Assembly: GCA_036918135.1 (NCBI GenBank)
Contig: JBALDB010000015.1
Span: 1-64,000, forward strand
Reading direction: 5' to 3'
From: Nostoc sp.
GTDB taxonomy: Bacteria > Cyanobacteriota > Cyanobacteriia > Cyanobacteriales > Nostocaceae
Length of the DNA stretch: 64,000 nt
The first letter of the stretch is position 1; each line of letters starts with the position of its first letter. The position numbers and the translations under genes are program-made. Positions 52,057 to 62,511 of this stretch are shown in pieces. The notes below the pieces were generated by a model. The model was not told where the DNA came from. It worked only from the letters and a program-made list of their open reading frames with translations, and did not search any database.

Positions 52057-54690
52057 TTAATCTGCCAGTTGAACAGACTGCTGCCACAACTGTCGATAAA
52101 TGGCTTCCATAGCCTGGGTATGGGCAACAGCATCGCACAAACCAGAAGCAGCTACTTGTTGTCGCAGATCGATCCGCAGCTGGCTGAGTCTTGGCAGATC
52201 GGATGCCAAAGCAGTAGCTTTGACTACATACTCTTGGGGAGTAAAAGCAATCAACTCTGGTAGCCCTACAGTGGTCAGCAAGCTAACTGCCACCCGGCTG
52301 ACATGGGTTTGCCCAGCTAGGGTAATAACTGGAACACCCATCCATAGAGCCTCGCAGGTGGTGGTTGTACCGTGGTAAGGAAAGGGGTCGAGGGCAATAT
52401 CAATATTGCCATAGAAAGCGAGATGGTGATTGGAGTCTGGAATCATACCAATTAACTTCACCCGACGAGTGTCAATACCGCAGTCGGCAAACAAGGATAG
52501 ATAGCGATCGCGGGTTGGCCGATCGTCGAACCAACGAATCTTCAGGATTATTCGAGAATTCGGCACACAGTTGAGAATTTGTGACCACAGGGCAATCACC
52601 TCAGGGGTAATTTTGGGCAAGTTGTTAAAGGAGCCAAAGGTAATTCGCCCCATACTCTTGGCGGGTAAGTCCATTACTGGCGGGGCTGTTGGGGAAGGCT
52701 GATAACACAAAAAGCATCGAGGTAAGCGGATGAGTTTCTCAGTATAATACTCATCTGTCAAATCGGGAGGGTCAGCCCAAGCATCGGTGAGGCGGTAATC
52801 CATGCTTGCTAAGCCCGTGGTATTAGGATAGCCCAAATAAGTAATCTGAATAGGGGCGGGCTGGCGGCTAAACATAGGCAAGCGGTTGCTACGGGTGTGA
52901 CCTGCCAAATCTACCAAGATGTCAATCTCGTCAAATCGTACTAAATCAGCCAATTGGTCGTCGTCCATATTGTAAATATCCCGCCAGTTGTGGCACAAGC
53001 CACGGAGGCGCTCGGTAACTGTATCTGGGTTAGGGACATTGGCATAGCAAAAAGTTTCTACTTGGGTAGGGTTGTGATGGCTAAGAATTGGCTCGAAAAA
53101 ATAGGCAACTGAGTGTTGGTAAAAGTCTGGCGAAACGTAACCCACTCGAAGAATTTTGGATTTTGAATTGGGAATTTTGGATTTGAAATTATTCAAAACT
53201 CTGTGCTTGTCACTATCCTCCCGTCCTCCCGTTGGCTTTGTAATTTGCTGACCCCACTGGTAATGAGCGGCGGCAACTGTGGCAGGGCTGTAGGCTGGCA
53301 AGTAATTGAGGGCGTAGAGCAGGTTGGAATGAGCTTGGTGGTAGTCTGGGTCAATCTGCAGCGTTTGTTGGAAGCAAGCGATCGCTTCTGGAACTCTGCC
53401 TTGGTTATTTAGGGCAAGACCTTGGTTGACATAGGCAATCGCTAAATTAGGCTGAATTTCAATTGCCCGCAGACAACTGTCAATCGCTGCACTCAACTGT
53501 CCACTTTGAATCAAGGCATAGCCGAGATTATTGTGGGCAATTGCTAGGTTGGGGTCGAGTTGCAAAGCCTGCTCTAGGTGCGAGATTGCCTCACGAAAGC
53601 GGCCAAGATTGTTGTAAAGAGTACCCAGGTAGCAGTGGGCGATCGCGCGATCCGGGTGGCGTTTGAGGTAATCCTGCAACCAGGCAATGGCCTCGGAGTA
53701 TTTCCCCTGAGTTTGCAGGGCTAACAGTAGAGCCTCCAAAAGCTTTGCCTCATCGGGCTGAAGCTGCCAAGATTGGCGAAGGTGGATTTCAGCAGCAGCA
53801 GTGTCGCCTTGTTTTTGTAGCAGTCTGCCTAGATGGAAATGAGCTGGAGTTAAATCACTTTTGAGAATCACAGCCTGTTTTAAAGCTTGTTCTGCCTCCT
53901 GGAAATTCTCCAAAGCAAGACATGCAACCGCCAGATTTAATAGGGCTTCGGCCCAGTCTGGTTTTAGTTGGAGTGCCTGCTGATAGGCTGCTGTAGCTAA
54001 TTGGTATTGCTCTTGAGCAATGAGAGCATTTCCGAGATTGTAATAGGTTTGAGCCGAAGGTTGCAGTTGCAATGCTCGCTGATGCTGAGCTACGGCTGCC
54101 TCTAATTGACCCAGCCCTTTGAGAACGTTCCCCAAGTTGGTGTGAGCTTGGGCGGAATCCGGCATCAGAGTAATGGCTTGCCGATAGCAGTCTGCCGCTT
54201 GAATCAATTTCTCCTGTTCTTGAAGAACTTTTCCCAGCTTGAAGTGGGCAACACCCAAATTCGGTTTGAGCTGTACTGCCTGTTTAAAAGCTAATTCTGC
54301 TGCCTCTAATTGCCCTATTTCATGGAGGGCATTGCCCAGGTTGAACCAAGTTTCTGCACTTTTGGGTTGTAACGTTAACCCCTGGCGGTAGATAGCGATC
54401 GCTTCTTCAACTTGTCCCAAGTGTTTGAGCAGACTTCCTAAATTCGTAAGCGCATCTATATATTTAGGGTCAATGGCTAATACTTGTTGATAGGTAGTTA
54501 GTGCCCGATCGAACTGCTGCTGCTGGTGGTAGTTGACTGCTTGGGCAAATAACTGGGCAGCATTGAGGGATTGCTGCCTGTTAGGAAGCTTTGTTTTTTT
54601 AGGGGATTGACTGCCAAACCCTTTGCCAGCAGAGATGTGGGTATTGTACGAATTCGGTTGAGGAATATTCTGCATGAATCTCGACTTCAA
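52057..54690 (-). CDS. TPR-repeat GT41 protein (O-GlcNAc/O-fucose transferase, SPINDLY-like)
   Basis: About 12 TPRs, then GYVSPDFYQHSVAYF, DILVDLAGHT, APIQITYLGYPNTTG, FGSFNNLPK and DPFPYHGTTTTCEALWMGVPV. Confidence 0.92.
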   Translation of the reverse strand: MKSRFMQNIPQPNSYNTHISAGKGFGSQSPKKTKLPNRQQSLNAAQLFAQAVNYHQQQQFDRALTTYQQVLAIDPKYIDALTNLGSLLKHLGQVEEAIAIYRQGLTLQPKSAETWFNLGNALHEIGQLEAAELAFKQAVQLKPNLGVAHFKLGKVLQEQEKLIQAADCYRQAITLMPDSAQAHTNLGNVLKGLGQLEAAVAQHQRALQLQPSAQTYYNLGNALIAQEQYQLATAAYQQALQLKPDWAEALLNLAVACLALENFQEAEQALKQAVILKSDLTPAHFHLGRLLQKQGDTAAAEIHLRQSWQLQPDEAKLLEALLLALQTQGKYSEAIAWLQDYLKRHPDRAIAHCYLGTLYNNLGRFREAISHLEQALQLDPNLAIAHNNLGYALIQSGQLSAAIDSCLRAIEIQPNLAIAYVNQGLALNNQGRVPEAIACFQQTLQIDPDYHQAHSNLLYALNYLPAYSPATVAAAHYQWGQQITKPTGGREDSDKHRVLNNFKSKIPNSKSKILRVGYVSPDFYQHSVAYFFEPILSHHNPTQVETFCYANVPNPDTVTERLRGLCHNWRDIYNMDDDQLADLVRFDEIDILVDLAGHTRSNRLPMFSRQPAPIQITYLGYPNTTGLASMDYRLTDAWADPPDLTDEYYTEKLIRLPRCFLCYQPSPTAPPVMDLPAKSMGRITFGSFNNLPKITPEVIALWSQILNCVPNSRIILKIRWFDDRPTRDRYLSLFADCGIDTRRVKLIGMIPDSNHHLAFYGNIDIALDPFPYHGTTTTCEALWMGVPVITLAGQTHVSRVAVSLLTTVGLPELIAFTPQEYVVKATALASDLPRLSQLRIDLRQQVAASGLCDAVAHTQAMEAIYRQLWQQSVQLAD

Positions 54691-54835
54691 TCACTTAGGG
54701 ACTGACAAATAAAAAATCTCTCACTGTTGACAGTCAAGAGTCTAATCGAGCCAAGCCGGAGACGCTCCGCCTCCGGTCAATGTGCAATTTTTATGTGGAA
54801 CAGCTTATGTAGTTTTCATTTTGAGAATTTTGACA

Positions 54836-56233
54836 TTATATTACCAAGGCTGGACGATGGTGAATCCAAGGTTTAGCTGCTTCTATTTGTGCTGCTAGGC
54901 TGATGAGTGTGGCTTCAGCCGCCGGCTTGCCAATTAGCTGCACACTAATGGGTAAACCCTTACTATCAAATCCTACAGGAATTGCGATCGCTGGTTGTCC
55001 AGTTGCATTTGCAGGCGGACAAGGGGCAACCCATCGAATAATATTTTGGAATGTTTCTTCTGGACTCAAATTTGCCCATTCTCCAACCCGGATGGGTGAA
55101 TGTAAATAAACTGGCAATATCAGTACATCCACAGTATCGAAAAACGCTACAATTTGCCGTGCCACTACTTGCATTTTGGCAACTGCTTGCAGATACTCAG
55201 CCACAGAACCGGTGCGGGCAAATAGCCAGCGATTCAGCGGCTGCAAGGCTTCAACTGGAAGTCCAGACGCCGCTACCCCAGCTTGCCAGACAATTTGAAA
55301 TGGTTCAACCAAACCGCTAAAGTCTGGAGATTTCTGTTCAACTTGATGACCAAGTTGTTCTAACAACTCGACTGTTTCTCGCACACCTTGCTGAGAGTTG
55401 GCGTCAGCTTCTCCCAAAGGAAAAATGCTAGTGTCAAAAGCTATTCGCAAAGCGCCAGGTTTTGTTTGGCTGGCGGCAAGAAATGATGTTTCGGGATCTG
55501 GTAGCCAGTAAGGATCGCCTGTAACATAGCCAGATATGGCATCCAAAAGCGCAGCAGCATCAGCTACAGTCCTAGCTATTGGGCCGTTGGTGGCAATTCC
55601 AGCGAGGCGTTCGCCGACGGGTGCTTTACTCACCCTACCCCGCGATGGTTTGAGTCCCACCAAACCACAACAAGCCGCAGGCCCCCGAATCGAACCGCCA
55701 CCATCAGAACCTTGAGCGATGGCACACAATCCTGCTGCTACCGCCGCCGCTGCACCGCCACTAGAACCGCCAGGGGTGTATTCTAAATTCCAGGGATTTC
55801 TGGCTGGAGGAAAACCCGTAGGTTCGCTGTAAGGTAATGAACCTAATTCGGAAGTGGCTGTTTTTCCAAGAATAGTAAAGCCAGCTTGTTTAATTCGTGT
55901 TACAACTCCATCGTCATAGTTAGCGATATTGTTGATTAATGCCGGATTTCCATAGGTACACGTAACATCTACTACAGAAGTCAGGTCTTTAATCGAAATT
56001 GGCACACCGAAAAATGGCGGTAGTTCTGAGGTAGTTGTCAGTAATTCTGTTTTGGCTTTGGCATCTGCGATCGCCATTTCCGTCGTGACTGTAAAATAAC
56101 TTCCTAATTGGGGATTCAACCGCCCAATGCGTTCTAAATATATTTCTACCAACTCTAGCGGCGATAGTTCCTGGCGACGGATTAATTGCGCTAACTCTAG
56201 TGCTGGGGTAAATGCTAAATCAACTTCATTCAT
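54836..56233 (-). CDS. Amidase-signature family enzyme
   Basis: GVPISIKD, PGGSSGGAAAAVAAG and GSDGGGSIRGPA. Confidence 0.93.
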   Translation of the reverse strand: MNEVDLAFTPALELAQLIRRQELSPLELVEIYLERIGRLNPQLGSYFTVTTEMAIADAKAKTELLTTTSELPPFFGVPISIKDLTSVVDVTCTYGNPALINNIANYDDGVVTRIKQAGFTILGKTATSELGSLPYSEPTGFPPARNPWNLEYTPGGSSGGAAAAVAAGLCAIAQGSDGGGSIRGPAACCGLVGLKPSRGRVSKAPVGERLAGIATNGPIARTVADAAALLDAISGYVTGDPYWLPDPETSFLAASQTKPGALRIAFDTSIFPLGEADANSQQGVRETVELLEQLGHQVEQKSPDFSGLVEPFQIVWQAGVAASGLPVEALQPLNRWLFARTGSVAEYLQAVAKMQVVARQIVAFFDTVDVLILPVYLHSPIRVGEWANLSPEETFQNIIRWVAPCPPANATGQPAIAIPVGFDSKGLPISVQLIGKPAAEATLISLAAQIEAAKPWIHHRPALVI

Positions 56234-56441
56234 ACCTTAGTGAATGGGTAATTTTGTCTTTGTCTGGGATTTTTAAACTGAAATTGTTACTTTAGTAGGA
56301 TTTTCGGGAACTATAAATTCTATACTTACTGAAATTTGTCATTCATTTAGGATGTTCAGATGTGATAGGTGGGGTTATCTTCTTACTCCAGTCATTCTAA
56401 TTGTTTGGCAGATATTTTTGACAAATCCCTAAGGGGTATTT

Positions 56442-57899
56442 ATGGCTGACTTAGAATTACTTGTTAGTGAACTGCCAAAATTGATTCAGAGTCTGAAGCT
56501 CACTATTGGCGATTCTCATGAAATCATGCAACAAATTATCCCAATAGATAACGCTCAAGAACAACTCAAGAATATTCAAAAATTAATTGTTCAAGAATTA
56601 AAATTTAACAATATCAAAAGTTCGCCCTTCGCTACACTTCCTCGAACTGGTACAGTCGCTAGTTTATTTATTCCACATATTGAATTAGTAAATCCAGCCC
56701 TAGCTTCAAAATTTGGTAATTTAGAAACTAAACTTTCATTAATTGATTTACAAAAAAAAATTGATGGTTGGATTGAATGGGGTTATTTTTTGCAAGCTTT
56801 AGCTGCTGATATTCTTAGTGATGTTCAGTTAGTCAATCAACTTAATTCTGATAGCCAACATATTAGTTTGCCTGGTAGATTTAAAACAATTGCTGAAAAC
56901 TTAAAAATTAACTTAATGGGCAACTCTAACAATTTACAGCATCAAATACAAAATATTAATAATTACCAAAAAGAATTATTCCAGTTACAGCAAAAATTAA
57001 ATTATATTTTTCATACAATAAAAACTAGTCATAGTTTATTAAATATATTATTAGGAGTTTCTGCTTTTTGTGGAAAATCTGGATTTACTTTAGAGTGGTT
57101 GGATGATGACCATGAATTAATTATCTCAAGTAATGGTAAAATTCAAGAATTGACAGATATTTTGAATGATTGTGATGTTTTTCAAGAACAAATTGCTACT
57201 TTAATTATTCAGGGTGACACTTTAAGAGAACAAGCAGAACAAGCCCTAAAAAAGATTGAACAGCAAAGTAATAAAAAACTAATTATTAACAAAGTTTTAG
57301 AAAAATTACCAAAGTTTTTGACACAAGAAATAGTAGGTTCAGCTTTTATTCTAGTCTCAATATTATTATTATTTAGTTTTGATATTTGGCAAAAGCAAGA
57401 CCAAAGTTTGCAATTAAAAAGTATAAGTTTAACTCAAGAACAAAAAGCGATCGCCAATTTTAAATCTGCTCAAAAACTTGCTATGGAAGCTGCTTCTCTT
57501 GTTCAAAAACCACCACATTCTTTGCAAGTCTGGCAACAAGCAGAAACTAAATGGTATCAGGCAATCTACTTGTTAGATAACATTCCTGCCCAAACATCAG
57601 TTTATCAGCGAGCAAAAAATAAATTAACTGATTATCGAATTAACTATAACGCTATCAGCCAAAGAGTCTTAACTGAAAAAAAAGCAGTCACAAACTTACA
57701 ATCAGCCCAAAAGCTAGCAATAGAAGCTACTTTATTTATACAAAATTCGCCTCATTCATTAATAATTCGCCAGCAGGCAAAAGATAAATGGAAGCAAGCA
57801 ATCAATTTACTAGAAGCTATTCCAGAGAATAGCTCTGTCTCTATACAAGCTAAAGAAACGCTTCCTATTTATAAAACTAACTATGCAGCTATTAGATAA
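56442..57899 (+). CDS. Hypothetical single-pass membrane protein with coiled coils and a duplicated 79-aa C-terminal helical repeat
   Basis: 485-aa ORF; TM near IVGSAFILVSILLLFSF; AQKLAMEA..KPPHS..W...KW.QAI.LL..IP occurs twice, 237 nt apart. Confidence 0.7.
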   Translation: MADLELLVSELPKLIQSLKLTIGDSHEIMQQIIPIDNAQEQLKNIQKLIVQELKFNNIKSSPFATLPRTGTVASLFIPHIELVNPALASKFGNLETKLSLIDLQKKIDGWIEWGYFLQALAADILSDVQLVNQLNSDSQHISLPGRFKTIAENLKINLMGNSNNLQHQIQNINNYQKELFQLQQKLNYIFHTIKTSHSLLNILLGVSAFCGKSGFTLEWLDDDHELIISSNGKIQELTDILNDCDVFQEQIATLIIQGDTLREQAEQALKKIEQQSNKKLIINKVLEKLPKFLTQEIVGSAFILVSILLLFSFDIWQKQDQSLQLKSISLTQEQKAIANFKSAQKLAMEAASLVQKPPHSLQVWQQAETKWYQAIYLLDNIPAQTSVYQRAKNKLTDYRINYNAISQRVLTEKKAVTNLQSAQKLAIEATLFIQNSPHSLIIRQQAKDKWKQAINLLEAIPENSSVSIQAKETLPIYKTNYAAIR

Positions 57900-57907
57900 T
57901 TTAAAAC

Positions 57908-58092
57908 TAAGCAGACGAGCGGTAAAATTTATTGCTGGCATAAGGTAGTCCTGATGAAACAAGTTTCACCGCCATGCATGAAAAAGGAATATCCTCCACA
58001 CCCTACACCCTTTTTCAAGTCACAAAATAAGAGGGTTTGAACCTTATTCATCTTTCTTTACATGGTTAGGCATATTTAGTGCCTACCTACTT
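57908..58092. mobile_element. Degenerate MITE of the same family as 51938-52054, in opposite orientation
   Basis: Ends TAAGCAGACGAGCG and GTGCCTACCTACTT. The internal GGTTTGAACCTTATTCATCTTTCTTTACATGGTTAGG aligns with the reverse complement of the 52-kb copy (AGTTTGAGTCTTATTTACTTTTCTTTACACAGTTTGG). Confidence 0.65.
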
Positions 58093-58953
58093 CAGACAAT
58101 TTTAGATTTTGCAAAAAGTCTCTTGCTAGATTTTCTTTGCTGGCGCAACTCGCCGCAACGAAAAATCCCAGTCCCTACTTTCTTTTTCAAGCTAGGTAGT
58201 TGCTAGCTCTAAATTTTGATACTCATCGAATTACTGACGATTTAAGAATTCAATACAGTGATTCTACTAAATTTAATATTTTATTTATTTTCTATAATAA
58301 TTTGCGTGGCGATCGCCCAAATACTCGCAAATCAAGCTTTTTTGATAACTTGTTTGTATTCTAGGTCTAATATTATACATCAAAAATGATCTTTAGAATA
58401 CTTTTCTTTTCAAGTAAAAACTATATATTTTGCACATCTAGCACAGTAGGAAACGCCGAGGGGGAGATTGGGTAAAAGGTACAAGGTAAAAGATACAAAA
58501 TTATTAAGGTGAATTTCCTTCTTGATTTTTGGTCGCTTTCTATCCTTGTGGCGCAAGCATTTTCCCTGCTCCATCTTGGCGTTTTAATTTTTCCTTCATC
58601 CGTTGCAGTAAGCTTACAACAGCTGCGACGGATTTTCGCTTTCTTTAGTTTCTGCTATATAAATGCTAGACAAATCTAGACATTTATTTCTTACTCTATA
58701 GGAAGCATGAGAGCAGCTACCCTTGAATAAGCTTTCACGCTTTAGCCAAACGCAATAAATTAATTAGCTTCAACTTCAGTTCTTATAATAAACCTTGTTG
58801 GTAATTTAAGTAAATAACGTTGATTTAATGGTTTGTCAAGATGTTTGTAACAATATTTTATTAAAAGAGAATAAACTGGTCACTCATCAGAACTCATACT
58901 AAGTTGCGTTCACAACGAGCGATTGAACTATGCAACTTACAAAGTGGATCGGC

Positions 58954-60237
58954 TTATTCTTGCGCTCCAGCCTTTTGCAGACTCCGTACTACATCCTGAT
59001 AACCATTAAATTCTGCAATCATCAAAGCAGTGTAACCGCCGCAGTTTTTTAAATTTACATCTGCTCCAGCTTGGAGTAATAACTGCACAATCTCTCCATA
59101 ACCGGCCGAACCAGCCCACATCAATGCTGTTGCCCGCGCTGAGTCTTGAAAATTCACATCTGCTCCCTTTGCTAAAAGCATTTGTATCACCTCTATGTGC
59201 TGGCGTTCGGTTGCCTTAATCAAAGCACTTTTGCCATCATCTGCTGGAATATTGGCATCAGCACCATAATCTAGCAGTACTTTCACTGTTTTGCTATGCC
59301 CTTGTGATGCAGCCAACGTCAAAGGTACTTCACCGAGGTTTTTACCATTGATATCTCCTCCAGAACGCAGCAATGCTTCTACAATTTGGCTGTGTCCCTG
59401 TAATGCTGCTACCTGCAATGGCGTATCACCCAGGTGGTTGCTAATTTGAACATCTGCACCCTTATTGAGTAAAATTTGCACCATATCAACATAGCCTTCG
59501 ACAACGGCAAGGTGTAAGGCAGTTTCACCATCTCGATCTTGAAGATTAATCTCAGCACCTCGATTTAGTAAAGCAGATGCGATCGCACTGTGACCTCCCG
59601 CTACGGCCGCTGATAACGCAGTTGTACCATCGGCGTTTTTTACCATCACATCAGCGCCCACCACCAACAGTGCTTGGACAACTTCTAGATGTCCCAAGTC
59701 AGCCGCTAACATCAAAGATGTTTCACCTTCCTCATCTAAGACGTTGACATCTACACTCGTTTGGAGGATTGCTTTTATAACTTCTAGGTGTGCGTGCTTA
59801 ACCGCCAGTTTCAAAGCCGTATCATCATCTTCGTCAGTGATGTCCACCCTTGCACCACCAGCCAATAAAACTCTTACTACATCCAAATGACCTTTAAGTA
59901 CTGCTGCCATTAAAGCTGTGCTGCCATCTTCATTAGTGGCATTGACATCAGCACCTCTAGATACTAAAAGTTGTACAATGTCAAGCTGTTTGGCGCTAGC
60001 TGCTAACATCAAAGCTGTCAAACCATAGAGTTTTCTTTTCAAATTGATATTTGCCCCAGCATCGAGCAGCGATCGCACAATTTCCGTGTAGCCTAGATTG
60101 GCAGCAAACATTAATGCCGTAGTGCCTTGGCGATCGCACGCGTCCACCCTTGCACCAGTAGCCAATAGCGCACACAGCCCTTTGATATCCCCACTTTTAG
60201 CAGCCTTCAGCAGCAAAATATCGTTGTTTTCAGTCAT
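58954..60237 (-). CDS. Ankyrin repeat protein
   Basis: About 12 33-aa repeats, G.TALM.AA..GH.EIV..LL..GADVN. Confidence 0.95.
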   Translation of the reverse strand: MTENNDILLLKAAKSGDIKGLCALLATGARVDACDRQGTTALMFAANLGYTEIVRSLLDAGANINLKRKLYGLTALMLAASAKQLDIVQLLVSRGADVNATNEDGSTALMAAVLKGHLDVVRVLLAGGARVDITDEDDDTALKLAVKHAHLEVIKAILQTSVDVNVLDEEGETSLMLAADLGHLEVVQALLVVGADVMVKNADGTTALSAAVAGGHSAIASALLNRGAEINLQDRDGETALHLAVVEGYVDMVQILLNKGADVQISNHLGDTPLQVAALQGHSQIVEALLRSGGDINGKNLGEVPLTLAASQGHSKTVKVLLDYGADANIPADDGKSALIKATERQHIEVIQMLLAKGADVNFQDSARATALMWAGSAGYGEIVQLLLQAGADVNLKNCGGYTALMIAEFNGYQDVVRSLQKAGAQE

Positions 60238-60444
60238 CGATGAAATCCCATGCAGGGAAGTTTGATTCGTCTACCCTCAAAATTCAGCTTAAGCCAAAAT
60301 ATGCCCAAACGACTGCCTCGATTTTCTGCTCAACCCCAATCAATTGCATTCTGACTTCTTCTTCTATTTGGGCAACTTCAACTACAGAAAATAGAGCTAT
60401 GCTAATTTTTATGAAGATTTCTTTAATAATCGGGCGAGGACACG

Positions 60445-60915
60445 ATGAGTCTGGAACTTTCTCCGTCGGTAAAATATTGGCTGAACTTCATTCATCCGGT
60501 AATTATGTGGGTGCTACTAGCACTCTCAATTTATGCTGCCTATTTGGGATTGCAAGTACAGCGTACCAGAAATGCTCAGGGTGAAGAAAAGAAACAGCTG
60601 ATAAAAGGTAGATATAATGTCAAACATTACCAAATAGGGTCTATAATCCTAGCTTTTATGGTGACAGGTGCAATTGCAGCGATGGCTGTCACTTACATTA
60701 ATAATGGCAAGTTGTTTGTCGGACCTCACCTGCTAGCAGGATTGGGGATGATGATTCTAATTGCATTTTCTGCGGCTTTGTCTCCCTATATGCAAAAAGG
60801 AGCAAATTGGGCGCGTGCAACTCACATTCTGCTGAATTTCACGCTTTTAGGACTTTTTGCTTGGCAGGCTCTCACTGGCGTGCAAATTGTCCAAAAACTT
60901 CTTACTCAAGCATAG
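60445..60915 (+). CDS. DUF4079 membrane protein (cytochrome b561-like His pattern)
   Basis: FIHP, KHYQIG, GPHLLAG and RATHILLN in four TMs. Confidence 0.82.
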   Translation: MSLELSPSVKYWLNFIHPVIMWVLLALSIYAAYLGLQVQRTRNAQGEEKKQLIKGRYNVKHYQIGSIILAFMVTGAIAAMAVTYINNGKLFVGPHLLAGLGMMILIAFSAALSPYMQKGANWARATHILLNFTLLGLFAWQALTGVQIVQKLLTQA

Positions 60916-60981
60916 ATTTAGTAGTAACTTATCTTCTCTTACCAAGTTCTGAGCGGAGGTTTCCTCAACTCAGACTTCGCA

Positions 60982-61019
60982 CTTTGTCCTTTGTCATTGA
61001 TTGATGACAAAGGACAAAG
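60982..61019. terminator. 16-bp perfect hairpin between convergent genes (possible bidirectional terminator, STRR-derived)
   Basis: CTTTGTCCTTTGTCAT-TGATTG-ATGACAAAGGACAAAG. Confidence 0.65.
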
Positions 61020-61029
61020 AACTGTTAAC

Positions 61030-61746
61030 TTAACGCTTTTTCTTGGAATCAACAGGAAAGGGTATTTGCAAAGATTTATGAAAATCTTCTTGGACTTTGC
61101 GAGTTAAGCGGCGGGAGACTTGGCGGACAATTTGATTAAGTAAGCGATCGCCTGTAGATTGAATTAAAGACTTGGGTAATCGCTCAATAAACCTGGGAAA
61201 GTGTAAATAAACTATCAAATCCAACTCCCATTCAACTCTTGTAACCTCTCCAATATCAGTAGAAACATCACTTGCTACGTTTTCTACTAACTTGAGAGAT
61301 GCCCGATAATCTACGTCATAACCAGGCGGCTGGTAGTCGGGAATGGGAATTGTACGGATGCGGTAAATACCTTCCTCTGGAGGTAATAACTCCAAACCAA
61401 TTTTCGGTTCTACTTCATAACCAAAAGAACCAAAACGACCAATTACTAGAGCATAGCCATTTTCTCCCAACGGTTGCACCTTCATCGGTTCGGCGCAGCG
61501 CGAAAACCATGAACTGTGAGAATTGAGATACTCAGCAACCTTCACGGCTGGGGCAAACATTTCCATACAGTCTTGATAACGACCATAAAATTTTGTTAGC
61601 GTCGCTACATTTGCTTGGATTAATGTATCGTCTGCTTCTATTTCTAAGGATTGATACTCGCCGTTTCTTAAAAGCATAAATGCACTAGGTATACTTTGGC
61701 GTTTGTCTATATTAATAATTCCCCGCTGACTTGAGTCGTTTCGCAC
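61030..61746 (-). CDS. DUF1997 family protein (real start may be ATG 61677)
   Basis: WFSRCAEPMKV, GRFGSFGYEVEPKIGL and IQSTGDRLLNQIVRQVSRRLT. Confidence 0.8.
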   Translation of the reverse strand: MRNDSSQRGIINIDKRQSIPSAFMLLRNGEYQSLEIEADDTLIQANVATLTKFYGRYQDCMEMFAPAVKVAEYLNSHSSWFSRCAEPMKVQPLGENGYALVIGRFGSFGYEVEPKIGLELLPPEEGIYRIRTIPIPDYQPPGYDVDYRASLKLVENVASDVSTDIGEVTRVEWELDLIVYLHFPRFIERLPKSLIQSTGDRLLNQIVRQVSRRLTRKVQEDFHKSLQIPFPVDSKKKR

Positions 61747-61854
61747 AAATATCCTATTTTGACAGAAACCTCAATAATCTGCCATCAAGTCCATAGAATC
61801 ACTAAAATAAAGAACTAAACAAGCACACAATAGTTTCCCAGGATAGCATTTCTT

Positions 61855-62511
61855 ATGAAAGCATTTGTAGCAGGGGCAACAGGTGAAACAGGTCGCCGGA
61901 TAGTACAAGAATTGGTAGCGCGGAATATTCCCGTCCGAGCCTTAGTCCGGGATATAGAAAAAGCTAAGGGTATTGTGTCTCCTGAAGCCGAATTGGTAGT
62001 AGGCGACGTATTACAACCAGAAACTTTGGCTGCTGCGTTAGGAGATAGCACAGTTGCGTTGGTTGCTACTGGGGCAAAACCCAGCTTTGACCCTACTGGC
62101 CCCTATAAAGTAGATTTTGAAGGTACGAAAAATTTAGTCGATGCTGCTAAAGCAAAGGGAATTGGGCACTTTGTTTTTGTTTCTTCTTTATGTACGTCCC
62201 AGTTGTTCCATCCACTGAACTTGTTTTGGCTGATTTTGGTCTGGAAAAAGCAAGCTGAAGAATACATCCAGAAAAGTGGTGTTACCTATACAATTGTCCG
62301 ACCTGGTGGATTAAAGAACGAAGATAATAGCGACTTGATTGTCATGCAGGGTGCTGATACCCTGTTTGACGGTAGCATTCCTCGGCAAAAAGTCGCCCAA
62401 GTTAGCGTCGAGGCGCTGTTAGAACCAGCTGCACGTAATAAAGTTGTCGAAATTGTTGCCAAGCCACAAGCAGCCTCAAAAACTTTTGCAGAGCTATTTC
62501 AACAGTGTTGA
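61855..62511 (+). CDS. Atypical SDR / NAD(P)H-binding oxidoreductase
   Basis: FVAGATGETG, VDFEGTKNLVDAA and YTIVRPGGL. Confidence 0.9.
   Translation: MKAFVAGATGETGRRIVQELVARNIPVRALVRDIEKAKGIVSPEAELVVGDVLQPETLAAALGDSTVALVATGAKPSFDPTGPYKVDFEGTKNLVDAAKAKGIGHFVFVSSLCTSQLFHPLNLFWLILVWKKQAEEYIQKSGVTYTIVRPGGLKNEDNSDLIVMQGADTLFDGSIPRQKVAQVSVEALLEPAARNKVVEIVAKPQAASKTFAELFQQC

Noticed and set aside
58440..58680. Possible gene remnant or hairpin (ATCCGTTGCAG/CTGCGACGGAT) in the 1-kb convergent gap
   Set aside because: Only short interrupted frames with no recognisable homology.
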